This document shows positions 25,833-38,008 of a stretch of DNA of 64,000 nt, one piece after another; positions within the stretch are counted from its first letter, which is position 1; every line of letters starts with the position of its first letter. The notes below the pieces were generated by a model that made no database searches, had not been told where the DNA came from, and saw only the letters and a program-made list of their open reading frames with translations. A program made the translations under genes and the position numbers. The stretch is from Octopus sinensis. Its lineage: Eukaryota. The stretch covers positions 38,874,001 through 38,938,000 of the forward strand of contig NC_043013.1 of NCBI RefSeq assembly GCF_006345805.1, read 5' to 3'.

Positions 25833-26050
25833 TGTATGTATGTATGTATGTGCAGATTTGTATGTTTTGTGTATGTATTCTCATGCATATATTTGTATAT
25901 CTAGACATGTTCATATATCATCTAAATGATAAACTTCTGGAAAGTTTAACGGATTTTTACAGTTCAAATGATGGATTGGATCAGTGGTTTTCGAATTAGC
26001 TTTCTCCTTCTGGTTTTGAGAAGCCTAATTTCTCAAGATTGGTATTTAGG
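25690..26050 (+). repeat. Unclassified dispersed repeat with internal (TATG)n (related copy 33455-33815)
   Basis: Shared blocks GTATTCTCATGCATAT, CTAGACATG, TTTTGAGAAG.CTAATTTCTCAAGA. Confidence 0.7.
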
Positions 26051-26779
26051 TAGTGTGTTACATATCCCAGAGCCCCAATAATTACAGGTATAAACCTGAC
26101 CTTATAATCTGGTATGTATGTATATATGTATCTATCTTTCTATCTATCAATCAACCTACTTATGTATACGTACAGATTTGCATGTATGTATGTATGTATG
26201 TATGTATGTATGTATGTATGTATGTATGTATGTATGTATGTATGTATGTATGTATGTTTATATGTGTGTATGTGTGTTCTCTTCTATTTCTGTCACTAAA
26301 AATCTTCGTCTGAGAAAGGAGGCGGTTTCTAATAAATATACAAAACGCCGTTGGAATAGCTTTCCATATTTTTATTGTTCCACATGGAAATTGTATTTGT
26401 AATGTGTGAATTAGCTAGTTGATTTCTTTTCTGCAAACCTTACCTTATCCAGATTATCACATGCATTTGCGTATATGTTTGTATGTATGTATGTATGTAT
26501 GTATGTATGTATGTATGTATGTATGTATGTATGTATGTATGTATGTATGTGCAGCAGCAAAGACGCATGTATGCGAAGGAAGTTTGTTAATGGGTGCATA
26601 AATAAATAACACGAACGTAATATATTTGTCTAGCAATGTCCTTGCCCTGTCCTTAATCAGACTAAAATATTAATTGTTAATTATAAAATACAAAATGTTA
26701 ATTGATTTCCAATTCGTTGAGAAAATACTTATTTAGCACAATGGATTTATAATAAAACAGTTCTCTCTCTCTCTGCTTA

Positions 26780-27596
26780 GTGGATGTGGCAAAAGAGGCT
26801 TTGTGATGGACTCGTTTGAAAGGTTTGAAGACTGGCATTTTTCCTATCTGGCCAAGCTCTCATCAACTTCTTCAAATATCATTTGAACAGGAAGGTGAGA
26901 GTAAGAAGAGGAGTTGCTGCTTTCTACTGTGTTTATCGAAAGGTGGACAAGAGTAGCAAGAGTGTTGAGACTTAATGGATCAACTCTGAGTAAGCTTTTC
27001 TACGTTGGTGGAGAGAAACTAAGTTAGCAGCCTGGCATGGATTCAAAGATGTATGCAAAGGACTTCTGGGAAAGTACCAAGTGGCTCATCGAGAGAGTAT
27101 AGTGGAGAACCTAATCATGTGCTGCCAAGATCTCGGATGCAATATGTCACTGAAGATACACTTCCTTCATCCTCATTTGTCCTTCTTTCCAGAGAATGCA
27201 GGTGATGTAGATGATGAACATCGAGAGAGGTTCTATCAGCCATGCTGGCTGACTTCTGCTGGAACCTGAAGCATGACATACATTAGATGTCTTATATAAA
27301 CGAAGAAGTAAATGCTAAAATGTAGGTTAATACATTATATAATACTAACACACCGATTCATTAGATATTTATGAATTAATAACAATGGACATATTTAATC
27401 TGACTTTGGGAGCAAAATTAGTTTATGGTATCGTGGAAATTGATATAAATTGCATAGTTATTGAGTCGATAATTTACAAGAAAATGTGATGTGATGAGAA
27501 ATCTTTGTTATAAAACTCGAGTTTAGCATAATCAACTTCATACGATATACATGAGAACTGTTTTTTTTCTTGAGGCTGAAATTTGTTGTACAATGT
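26780..27596 (+). mobile_element. Chapaev3-like (CMC) DNA transposon 3' relic
   Basis: AAWHGFKDVCKGLLG...LGCNMSLKIHFLHPHLSFFPENAGDVDDEHRERFYQ; end reverse complement CATTGTACAACAAATTTC; family name from recalled similarity, not a search. Confidence 0.65.
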
Positions 27597-27646
27597 TATT
27601 TCTCTAACTTCTGTCTATATATCCTTTGTCATATCCTATAATGTTA

Positions 27647-28052
27647 CTCTTTTACTCTTTTACTTGTTTCAGTCATTTGACTGCGGCCATGCTGGAGCAC
27701 CGCCTTCAGTCGAGCAAATCGACCCCGGGACTTATTCTTTGTAAGCCCAGTACTTATTCTATCGGTCTCTTTTGCCGAACCGCTAAGTGACGGTGACGTA
27801 AACACACCAGCATCGGTTGTCAAGCAATGCTAGGGGGACAGACACAGACACACAAACACACACACATACGTATATATACATATATACGACGGGCTTCTTT
27901 CAGTTACCGTCTACCAAATCCACTCACAAGGCTTTGGTCGGCCTGGGGCTATAGTAGAAGACACTTGCCCAAGGTGCCACGCAGTGGGACTGAACCCGGA
28001 ACCATGTGGTTGGTTAGCAAGCTACTTACCACACAGCCACTCCTGCGCCTAT
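27647..28052 (-). mobile_element. SINE family S1, full length
   Basis: Reverse-complement alignment to the copy at 7295. Confidence 0.9.
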
Positions 28053-28149
28053 GTTGTAATGACTTCCTCCTTTTTTTTTGTATCGTATCTCACCCTTTGA
28101 TATTGCCCTGTATGTCTTTAGGCCTTTGTGGCCAATAAAAGAAATCACT

Positions 28150-28515
28150 ATTATTATTGTTGTTGAAAATGAAGTTGAGGGAATTGTTGCCTCGTAACAA
28201 GTTTGTTGAAAGGTGTATGAATGTGTGAAGGATGGCCAGTGTGAAAGGACCAATTCTGAGCGTGCACGTGTAAAAAAAAAAGGAGAATGGCTCTTGCCCT
28301 GTTGTTCAGGCACACATGGCTTTTGTGGGGTTTTCCACGATGACCTGAAAGCACCTCCCCTATTGAGAGTTTTAATTTGTTCAATTTTTATTGTTATTAC
28401 ATTGTATACACGCAGAAAACCCATTGTATCATCCTGTTTTCGTCTTTTATGTTGTTGTATGTCATTTAATGTTTCGTATGCGAGCCCTTGTGGTTAATAA
28501 AAGAATAAATTATTA
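28150..28515 (+). mobile_element. Probable 3' end of a Tx1/L1-clade LINE
   Basis: KLRELLPRNKFVERCMNV*RMASVKG, then a UTR with AATAAA and a (TTA)n tail. Confidence 0.45.
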
Positions 28516-28559
28516 TTATATTATTATTATTATTGTTGTTGTTGTTGTTGTTGATGTTG

Positions 28560-28597
<38 letters not shown>

Positions 28598-28642
28598 ATT
28601 ATTATTATTATTATGATGATGATGATATTATTATTATTGAGA

Positions 28643-28850
28643 AGGCGGCGAGCTGACAGAATCGTTAGCACGTCGGGTGAAATGCTTAGCGGTATTTCGT
28701 CCGTCTTTACGTTCTGAATTCCACCGAGGTCGACTTTGCTTTTCGTCCCTTTCGGAGTCGATAAAATAAGTACCAGTTACGCATTGGGTCGATGTAATCG
28801 ACTATCCTTCTCTCCAAAATTTCAAGTCTTGTGCATTTAGTAGAAAGGGT
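28643..28850 (+). mobile_element. tRNA-derived SINE family S4
   Basis: GGCGAGCTGACAGAATCGTTAGC...GTCGACTTTGC...GTCGATAAAATAAGTACCAG; further copies at 41328, 43162 and 60205-60548 (-, two). Confidence 0.85.
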
Positions 28851-29420
28851 TATTGGTTATTATTGAGTCCCTCACCTTTTCAATTTGTTTCCATTTCTTG
28901 CCGACACCCAGAGTAAATAAACTCACTATATACATAAATAGGCCATTGAAATAAACGTACGGGATTGTTCATTTTCAAAATATAATTAATTTTTGTGGGG
29001 AAATTTATTTTTAATGACATGGGTGGTAATCTGTCCCACGGTGACAATGTTCCTCTCAATATGCGAGACGTACCAGTTATGACAATCTTTTGCGCTTCTG
29101 GCAGAGATAGTAAGTCAGGGATCATTCTCAAATAATTTTGAGTTCCTTTTTGGATCATTCCAAATGCTTCTACAATCACTGGTATTGAAACTGCCTTGAG
29201 TTGCCACTGAGCAAATATTAACATTTTCTAATCTTGTCAAATGCTTTTGCCGAGATATTGTGATCGCAGTGTATATTCATGTCGATCAATGAATAAAACT
29301 CATTGTTGAGGTCTTTTACAAGAATATCCAGTTTATTAGCTTTATGTAAATGATTACATATAATTGTAATATTAAACTGGTACAACAGGTGATATCTGTG
29401 AACATCAGCGTACATACTAC
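28850..29420 (-). mobile_element. R4/Dong-clade non-LTR 3' fragment (restriction-like endonuclease)
   Basis: KANKLDILVKD...LIDMNIHCDHNISAKAFDKI; WQLKAVSIPVIVEAFGMI...QKIVITGTSRILR; AATAAT tail. Confidence 0.8.
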
Positions 29421-29640
29421 GTGGAACTCTCTTTCTGTTTCCCTCTTCCACCCCTCGTTTCTCTCTCACTCTCTCACTCTCTCTCACTCTCTCTCTCTCT
29501 CTCTCTCTCTGCCTATCTAGATATGTATCACTGTACTACTGGTCATAATGCGCTTCCTCGCATTGTTTTAGCTTTTGGATGAAACCACCTCGCACACACA
29601 TACACACATGCAAACACACGCACACATACATATATGTATA

Positions 29641-30240
29641 CGAGAGAGAGAGTCAAAAATTATATGCGCTGTTGTTTTTCAATTTATTTACACAAAAGCA
29701 AGGAATAAGCAAGTACGTCATTTTTCTATATAGTCTCCCTTTTCGATGCACTTGGTTCGGTGGTCCACAAGTTTGCGTATTCCCTCCAAGAAGAAGGTTT
29801 TCGGTCGATCGTACAATCATTGATACACCGCTTAATTCACATCTTAATCCGTAGGAAATCGACGACTTCGTAAACCATCTTCGATCAGTCCAAAGACATG
29901 ATAGTTGGAACGGGCGAGATCTGGGCCGTGTGTGGGCGTTTGGTATGAATTGCTGACTTCAATTTGTTGGCCAGTAAAGCACTGTATCTTGCACTGTTTT
30001 TCGTACACCTCCTTTCCAGACAAATCAGATCATTGCTCTTCGTTCTTCTCTGAAGCATATTGCTTGTGGAGCGGTCATGCTTACACTGTAAAGCCAGAAA
30101 GAAAAATGGCGCGATCAGGCTTAAACTTCGATCATGTGACTACAATAGTACTAACTTTAAGCACGCATGCGCAGAAGGCAGTGTGACAATAATAAAGATA
30201 TATGTTATGGCGAAAGTGCAGATAATTTTTGACTTCCCCT

Positions 30241-30242
<2 letters not shown>
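29641..30242 (-). mobile_element. Internally deleted mariner transposon
   Basis: TIRs CGAGGGGAAGTCAAAAATTATC and CGAGAGAGAGAGTCAAAAATTATA; MTAPQAICFREERRAMI; PHTPHTAQIS/PDLARSNYHVFG...KCIEKGDYIEK. Confidence 0.8.
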
Positions 30243-30290
<48 letters not shown>

Positions 30291-30303
30291 ATATACAGAG
30301 GAA

Positions 30304-30369
<66 letters not shown>

Positions 30370-30408
30370 GGATAGATAGATAGATAGATGGATAGAGATA
30401 GATAGATT

Positions 30409-30460
<52 letters not shown>

Positions 30461-30535
30461 CATACATACATACATACATACATACATACATACATACATA
30501 CATACATACATACATACATACATACATACATACAC
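30243..30535. repeat. Compound microsatellite (TA)n(GATA)n(CATA)n
   Basis: Direct reading. Confidence 0.97.
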
Positions 30536-31404
30536 TACTAGGGACATAACCAAAAGAAGGTTTAGCTACAACAGTTTAAAGTCTCGTATGTAAGCTTTAA
30601 TTTTAATCATTGTATTTCTAATATATATAGAACAAATCCGTGAGCCTAAGGTATGAAGAGAAAAATAATAAGAACGTAACATTATCTAGGAAATGTCAAG
30701 AAAATCAGTGGCTGAAACATGAGCTCTTGGATAGAATCGTGAAAGGTGGAAAAAAAGAACTGACGCAACTTCGACGCCATTGGTAGCTGAAGGCCTAAGT
30801 AAAACCAAGGCATACATTCATGTGTGTATGTACATGTGTGTATGTACATGTGTGTGTGCGTGTGAGTGTGTCTGCATCTGTGTATACACTTGTATATATG
30901 TATGTAATATAGACATAAACACGGAAGCACACACTCCCAGACGCGTACATACACCCCCACACACGAACACAGAGATATCTCAAAAACGCACCCACACTGA
31001 GATACATGCATCCACACTGCATCCACACTCACACATGTATATACATACTTACATACACGTATGTATATGTATATACACATGCGTACATACATACCTATAT
31101 TGTCGCAAAGACAATACACAATGTTGTCCGGAAAAAACACTGTCCTTGAATAAATATGGAGAATCTGCCTGTTATAAAAAAACGTACACAATGAATATTT
31201 GTGGAACATTCCCATCGAAACATTTGTCAAGTGTAAGCATAACAGGCCTTTATTGTTGTTTGAGTGCGTAGTGTTATAGAGGTCAGCTGCCCTGCTGATG
31301 CGAAGAGTCAAAGAAAGAAAATAACAATGGACAACTGCTTTGAAACCTCCAGTTTCTATATTCGGATTATAAATCTATATTTATACAAATGGTAATTGGT
31401 GCAG

Positions 31405-31742
31405 TGAAGGCGCATGGCTCAGTGGTTAGAGCGTCGGGCTTACGATCGTGAGGTTGTGAGTTCGAATCCCGGACCGGGCTGCGTGTTGTGTTCTTGAGCA
31501 AGGCACTTTATTTCACGTTGCTCCAGTTCACTCAGCTGTAGAAATGAGTTGCGACGTCACAGGGGCCGAGCTGTATCGACCTTTGTCTTTCCCTTGTCTT
31601 TCCACTGGTGGCGTGGAGAGGGGAGGCTGGTATGCATGGGCGACTGCTGGCCTTCCATAAAAACAACCTTGCCCGGACTTGTGTCTAGGAGGGTAACTTT
31701 CTAGGTGCAATCCCATGGTCATTCATGACCGAAGGGGGTCTT
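31405..31742 (+). mobile_element. SINE family S2
   Basis: Aligns to 14679-14994. Confidence 0.88.
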
Positions 31743-31810
31743 TAATTGGTGCAGTTGACTTTGTGAGGAAATGCCTAACTGTTGGTTTTAGAAAAGGAAA
31801 TTAACCATTT

Positions 31811-32180
31811 AGGCGCAGGAGTGGCTGTGTGGTAAGTAGCTTGTTTACGAGCCACATGGTTCCGGGTTCAGTCCCACTGCGTGGCGCCTTGGGCAAGTGT
31901 CTTCTACTATAGCCTCGGGCCGACCTAAACCTTGTGAGTGGATTTGGCAGACGGAAACTGAAAGAAGCTCGTCGTATATGTGTGTGTGTATTTGTGTGTC
32001 TGTGTTTGTCCCCCAGCATCATTTGACAACCGATGTTGGTGTGTTTACGTCCCCGTAACTTGGCAGTTCGGCAAAAGACACCGATACAAAAATTACTAGG
32101 CTTACAAGAATAAGTCGATTTGTTCGACTAAAGGTGGTGCTTCAGCATGGCCGCAGTCAAATGACTGAAACAAGTAATAG
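31811..32180 (+). mobile_element. SINE family S1
   Basis: Aligns to the copy at 7295. Confidence 0.88.
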
Positions 32181-32734
32181 AATCTAATTCCCACGTTACA
32201 AATGCAATCGGTAAGCGGAACTGTAAAACTATGCAAGACTTTTCTCAGGTTTAAAATGTGACATTCTTTTCTTTATCTACAGTTCAATGATGGCGTTTTG
32301 TATCTTTGCTAGAGACCAGCACCTTGTTCAAAGGAAGAATTTCAATAAATAAAAACAGAAGTGAAACATACATACATACATACATACATACATACATACA
32401 TACATACATACATACTATGGGCTTCCGCACTATTTTCGACGTCACTCATAAAGTAATGGTTGATCAAGCGTCCGACTTCGTTCTGCTCCGTTCCTACGGT
32501 GATACTTGTGCAATATCAATGGCTTAGAGTTGGCAGTCTTGCTGCATGGACAAATTATGGTTTTCCATTAAACCTAGCCTGTGCTTTGCAAAAACAACAC
32601 TCCAATGCTCTCTCCACCTTCCGTACAGACACAAACTAAAGTAAAGCTTTTTAGTTACAGATCCACTGCCTCGCGTCACACATGAAAGCCAATAAGAAAG
32701 GCTGCCGAGCTTACATGACGCGAAATATATCAAA

Positions 32735-32939
32735 TAGGCATAGTAGTGGCTGTGAGGTAAGCAGCTTGCTTACCAACCACATGGTTCCGTGTTCAGTCCC
32801 ACTGCGTGGCACCTTGAGCAAGTGTCTTCTACTATAGCCTCGGGCCGACCAAAGCCTTGTGAGTGGATTTGGTAGACGGAAACTGAAAGAAGCCCGTCGT
32901 ATATATGTATGTATGTATGTATGTATCTATCTATCTATC

Positions 32940-32970
<31 letters not shown>

Positions 32971-32973
32971 CTA

Positions 32974-33058
<85 letters not shown>

Positions 33059-33380
33059 TTGTATGTATGTATGTATGTAGTATGTATGTATGTATGTATG
33101 TATGTTTGTATGTATGTATGTATGTATGTATGTATGTATGTATGTATGTATGATTGTGTGTGTATATGTTTGTGTGTCTGTATTTGTCCCACCAACATCA
33201 TTTGACAACCGATGCTGGTGTGTTCATGTCCACGTAACTTAGCGGTTCGGCAAAAGAGACCGATAGAATAAGTACTAGGCTTACAAAGAATAAGTCCTGA
33301 GGTCGATTTGCTCGACTAAAGGCGGTGCTGCAGCATGGCCACAGTCAAATGACTGAAACAAGTAAAAGAGTGTAAAAGAG
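32735..33380 (+). mobile_element. SINE family S1 with ~270-bp expanded internal compound microsatellite
   Basis: Head and tail intact; (TATG)(TATC)(TC)(TA)(TATG) at 32900-33170. Confidence 0.88.
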
Positions 33381-34017
33381 TATAGTGTCATAAACGCAGC
33401 ATGATGTTATCTAACCTTTTCAGTCAATAATAGTGCAGAGTGTGAAATGTTTAAATGGTGTATGCTATATTATTCAGTTTTCCTTTTTTTCAAGATTCCT
33501 TACAAATAGAAAAAGAACCGGTTTCTGGCGTATATCCAAGGCTCTTTCATTGCAATAGCAATAACATCAACATGGTAATTTTGCATGTTTGTGAGTATTT
33601 GTGCAATGTTTGGAGTCCGTGCATGTACAGATTTGTATTTTGTTTTATGTATGTATTCTCATGCATATAGTGCCATATCTAGACATGCGCATACATACTT
33701 AGATGATAAATTTCTGGAAAGTTTTGATGGTTCCATTTATGGCTTTAATCTGTAATCGTCGGATCAGTTTTCTCCTTTCTTGTTTTGAGAAGTCTAATTT
33801 CTCAAGACTGGTGATTACAGCAGCCGTAAATCGTAAATCTTTGGCTCTATGTTGATAGGTAATGCATAGATGTTCCTAATTTTATCAGAAAATACAAGGA
33901 ACGTATTTTAGATATGGTTTCAGGGAGTTCTTTTTGAAATGGTTTAGTATATTTAGAATATCTTAGATCTTTTATCATGTGAATTAAGTTCTTTTCAAAC
34001 TTCGCCAAAGCAGGATA

Positions 34018-35418
34018 TCTCTCTATATATAAAACTGAGAATGTGTGTCTGTTTGTCTCTCTGTCTGTCTGTGTGTTTCCCTAAAACTTGAGAACTACAC
34101 AACCAATTTCATTCAAATTTTACACATGCCTTACTTAAGGTCCGGGGAGTGTCATCGGCAAAAAAATCTTAACTTTTTCCTTAGGGCGACCCCACACCAA
34201 TATCATATCTTCTCCACTATTTCAGTATTACGTGTTAAAAGTGAAACAAAAGCATCTCTCTTTTGTAATGCAGACACTTTCACTATTAAAGTGAAAGTAT
34301 TATATAACAGGATGAACCATTAACAATGGTCATCCAAAGTGGTTTCACATAAATGGGGATAAATTAAAAAGGTTTGTTGTTATTATTATTACTGTTTGAC
34401 TATTGTAATCACGTTTGTTGGTTCCTCATCAGGGAAGCGCTGTTGTGTTGCATTTATTAAATAATTGTAAACTGTAACCCTCCCCCTTTCGGAGAAGGGG
34501 TTTTGGTTATTGTTTAAAAATTGAATTTTCACCGTCTTTACGGAAGCATTTTTCTTAAAATGCCATCGATAGAAGAAAGTCCAAAAATGAATTTCGCTGC
34601 ACCCGTACACTTCTATACAAGAAAGAGGACAAGATCGAAATTTTTTGAAAATTTTCCCCAAAAGTTTTTGAAAAATTTTTTGAAAATTTTCCCCAAAAAT
34701 TTTTGAAAAATTTTTTGAAAATTTTCACCAAAATTTTTGAAAAATTTTTTGAAAGTCTTTTGAAAATCTTCCCCAAAAATTTTTGAGAAATTTTTTGAAA
34801 CTTTTTTCCCCATAAATTTTTGAAAAATTTTTTGAAAATTTTCCCCAAAATATTAAAAAAGTTTTTGGAAAATTTTCCCGAAAAATTTTTGAAAAATTTT
34901 TTGAAAACTTTCCCCGAAAGTTTTTGAAAATTTTTCCCAAAAATTTTTGAAGAATTTCTTGACAATTTTCCCCAAAAATTCTTGAAAAAGTTTTTCGAAA
35001 CTTTTCACCAAAATTTTGGAAAGACTTTTTGAAAATCTTTTGAAAATTATCCCCAAAAATTTTTCAAAAATGTTTTGAAAATTTTCCCCCAAATTTTCCC
35101 CAAAAATGTTTGAAAAATCTTTAAAATTTTCCCCAGAAGTTTTTGAAAAATTTTCAATAATAATGCATTTCTGTTGTACGTATGTATATATGCCTGCATG
35201 CATGTATGTATGTATGTATGTATGTATGTATGTATGTATGTATGTATGTATTATGTATGTATGTATCGATGTTTGAAATTGTAGGTTACAGTTTTAGACC
35301 TTGGTACATCAAATATGCGTAAGGACAAATCACTTTAAGGATATGGCCTCAGGTTTTGTAATTGTTTCTTATCCTTTTTTATAAAATAAACCCAAGCGAT
35401 ACTAGGTGTTACTGCTAC
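34018..35418 (+). mobile_element. Non-autonomous Helitron-type element
   Basis: 5' A|TCTCTCTATATATAAAACTGAGAATG; decayed 3' hairpin and CTAC; homologous to the copy at 39641. Confidence 0.7.
34637..35155. repeat. A/T-tract minisatellite, unit about 35 bp (GAAAATTTTCCCCAAAAATTTTTGAAAAATTTTTT)
   Basis: Direct reading. Confidence 0.92.
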
Positions 35419-35539
35419 GAGTGTGTGTGTGTGTGTGTGTGTAATATACATACATGCATACAAAGAAAGAAACAGTCATCGGGAATGTACGTGCGTACAT
35501 ACTTGATGACTGCAACTTAATTTTGATCAATGCCATTGC

Positions 35540-36130
35540 TTAAGCATAAACAGAATGGTGATGGCTTTCCATTACCCTTCGAGATCTTCATTTTTTGCAT
35601 AGATGTGGCAATGATGGATGCCTCTTGAAGCAGCTGTTCAGATAACATATCAACCATTGACGCATGCTTTCATTCCATCATGGAATTTTTCGTTGAGTAT
35701 TTTTTCTTTTTCGGTTATAGCCAGTCATATGATGCAACTCATAATGGAGACGTTAAAAGAGATATTAAAAAATCAAGCGATTCGTGTACCTGAAACATTT
35801 TGTAATAAGGAAAGGCCTCGTACAAGGTCGATCTAGCTCTCTAAATAACGTATGCAATTACCTAAACCTAAAGAAATTTCTAAATCATTGGATGCAAATA
35901 AAATTGCACATGTTACATCGGAGTTTTCTTTCTGGAGAGACTGACTAAACGATCTGGATGTAGAACTTTCGTCATTTTCCTTCTACTAACAAAGGCTCTC
36001 TGTGCATTTCTATGGATGATGTCCCTGAGAGAGTCCCATTTCTGCTGAACATTGTCCCCCTGATGGGTCTGCAAAGAAGGCATCTCCCAGTGTCTTGAAG
36101 AATACATCTGTCTTAGTTGGGTGTTGATTT
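35540..36130 (-). mobile_element. RTE-like LINE relic fragments
   Basis: QQKWDSLRDIIHRNAQRAF; KFHDGMKACV. Confidence 0.5.
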
Positions 36131-36240
36131 GATGCGCTGCTATATACATATATGCATACATACATACATGCATACATACATACATACATACATACATACA
36201 TACTACATACATACATACATACATATTATAATATATAATA

Positions 36241-36280
<40 letters not shown>

Positions 36281-36284
<4 letters not shown>

Positions 36285-36735
36285 GAAATTAACAGAAAAG
36301 CAAAAAAAAAAGACAAGTGTATAAACAACAAGCAGGTGTTTAGTTTAAAAACGCTCGAGAAGGTGAGAAAGTCTTTTACGTTTTGAGTCTATGCTCTTCA
36401 ACAGAAAGGAACACGAGGACATAAACAGAGAAAATAAAAAACTTGTGGATTTAGCGGTCAAACATGCACTTTCTCATGCCTTGGTTTATATATTACCAAT
36501 ATCTATATGTATATAGCTATATATATAGTAATTATATATATATATAATATATTATATATATTATATATATATATAATATATATAGGGAAGTTTATGACAA
36601 AACAAAAGACGAAGACAAGTGGTATACAAAACAAACAAGTGTATTAGGATAACGCTCAAGAATAGAAAAAGTATTTTACGTTTCGAGCCTACGCTCTTCT
36701 ACAAAAAGGGACACAGAAAAAACAAGGAGAGAAAA
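36281..36735 (-). mobile_element. Two small (TA)n-anchored elements (36281-36450, 36583-36735) with hammerhead-shaped motif; relative at 54525-54690
   Basis: Shared GTGTATAAACAA...ACGCT...TTTTACGTTTCGAGCCTACGCTCTTC. Confidence 0.6.
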
Positions 36736-36759
36736 AATATATATATATATATATATGTA

Positions 36760-37139
36760 GTCACTTTTGTGACCTCTATTAATATTGCCTTTATGCTTTA
36801 ATTGCTAATAAGCCCCACTTTTTAATTTATTGTTTACACTTTTACCGTTTTGAAAATCAACACGTTTTCAACGGTTTTTCTTGTAAGACTGATAGAGGCA
36901 GTCGTGTTTAACTCTAGGCTTTAAGAGTCGCTGATGAAGATTAAGATGACCTGCATCAAAATCCGAAATTGCGATCCGGCTATGCACGCTGGGGACTTAC
37001 CTCTCTTTATCAGTCATTAAGTTCAGTGCTCTTGTGGCTTTGAGTTATTTTAACAAAAACTGTGCTAGTCAGTACCATCTGTCACTCTTTTGACCTCTAT
37101 AAAATCGCCTTTATTTAATAAGCTACTCTTTTTTAATTT
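36760..37139 (+). mobile_element. Retrozyme-like or non-autonomous PLE unit: 321-bp period with ~65-bp terminal redundancy and a central hammerhead
   Basis: 36760-36828 repeats at 37081-37139; hammerhead at 36926-36981. Confidence 0.7.
36926..36981 (+). ncRNA. Type I hammerhead ribozyme
   Basis: AGTCG-CTGATGA-A-GATT.aa.GATG(ACCTG)CATC.aa.AATC-C-GAAA-TTGCGA-TC/CGGCT; predicted cleavage after C36976 (AUC). Confidence 0.78.
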
Positions 37140-37828
37140 GCGAGTGAATATATATATTTATATGTATGGTGTGAGTGTGTGTGTGTGTAAGTAGATATGT
37201 ATACATGTGTGTAAGTGTGTGTATGCACACGCGAGCATCTGTGTATGTATATGCGAGCGAGTGTAGGTGTGCTTATATATATGTACGTGAGTGCACGTAC
37301 ATATCCGTATATGTGAGCGTGTGTATATATCCGTATGTATATGTGTGTGTAGATTTTATATGTGTATATATGTGTGTATGTGCGTGCGCGCGCATATATG
37401 CGTGTATGTGTATGCGTGTATGTGTTGAATCTTAAAGGCCAGCTAAGGAGAATCATATGAGTAACCAACCATGAAGAACAAATCAACAGTACAAAAAAAT
37501 AAAATACCAACCTCTTTAAAACGGCAACCACTTTAAGAGTACGAGAATCACCATCCCACTACATTTACGCATTCAAAGCAGTTTGCCAACGGCCCTTCAC
37601 CAACAACATACCCTGATATGTTTTGTGAGTACTACTAAATTAAGGCAGAGATATAGAATGTTTTTGAAGCCGAGGATTTTAAATTTACAGAGACAATATT
37701 TACATATCACCTGAGGAAACACAACTAGATCTCATAATACAGGGAAATAGTTTCTTAATCAAGTACCTGCACATCTGGAGAACTACGATGCGTGCAAACA
37801 ATTGTAGTGATTAAAAAATAAATGTCCA

Positions 37829-38008
37829 CTCTTTGATCTCTTTCGGGACTCCTCTTTGATCTCTTTCGGGACCCTCTTTGATCTATTTCGGGACTCCTCT
37901 TTGATCTATTTCGGGACTCCTCTTTGATCTATTTCGGGACTCCTCTTTGATCTCTTTCGGGACTCCTCTTTGATCTCTTTCGGCACCCGCTTTGATCTCT
38001 TTCGGCAC
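37829..38008. repeat. 23-bp minisatellite, about 8 copies (CTCTTTGATCTMTTTCGGGACTC)
   Basis: Direct reading; no spacers. Confidence 0.95.

Noticed and set aside
34405-34432. Minus-strand CTGATGAGG...AAACGT as a hammerhead
   Set aside because: No G12 and only a 2-bp stem II
34389-35203. K/F/N-rich ORFs as a repetitive protein
   Set aside because: They are translations of the A/T-tract minisatellite in several frames
37829-38008. CRISPR-like array
   Set aside because: Repeats are contiguous with no unique spacers, and the context is eukaryotic
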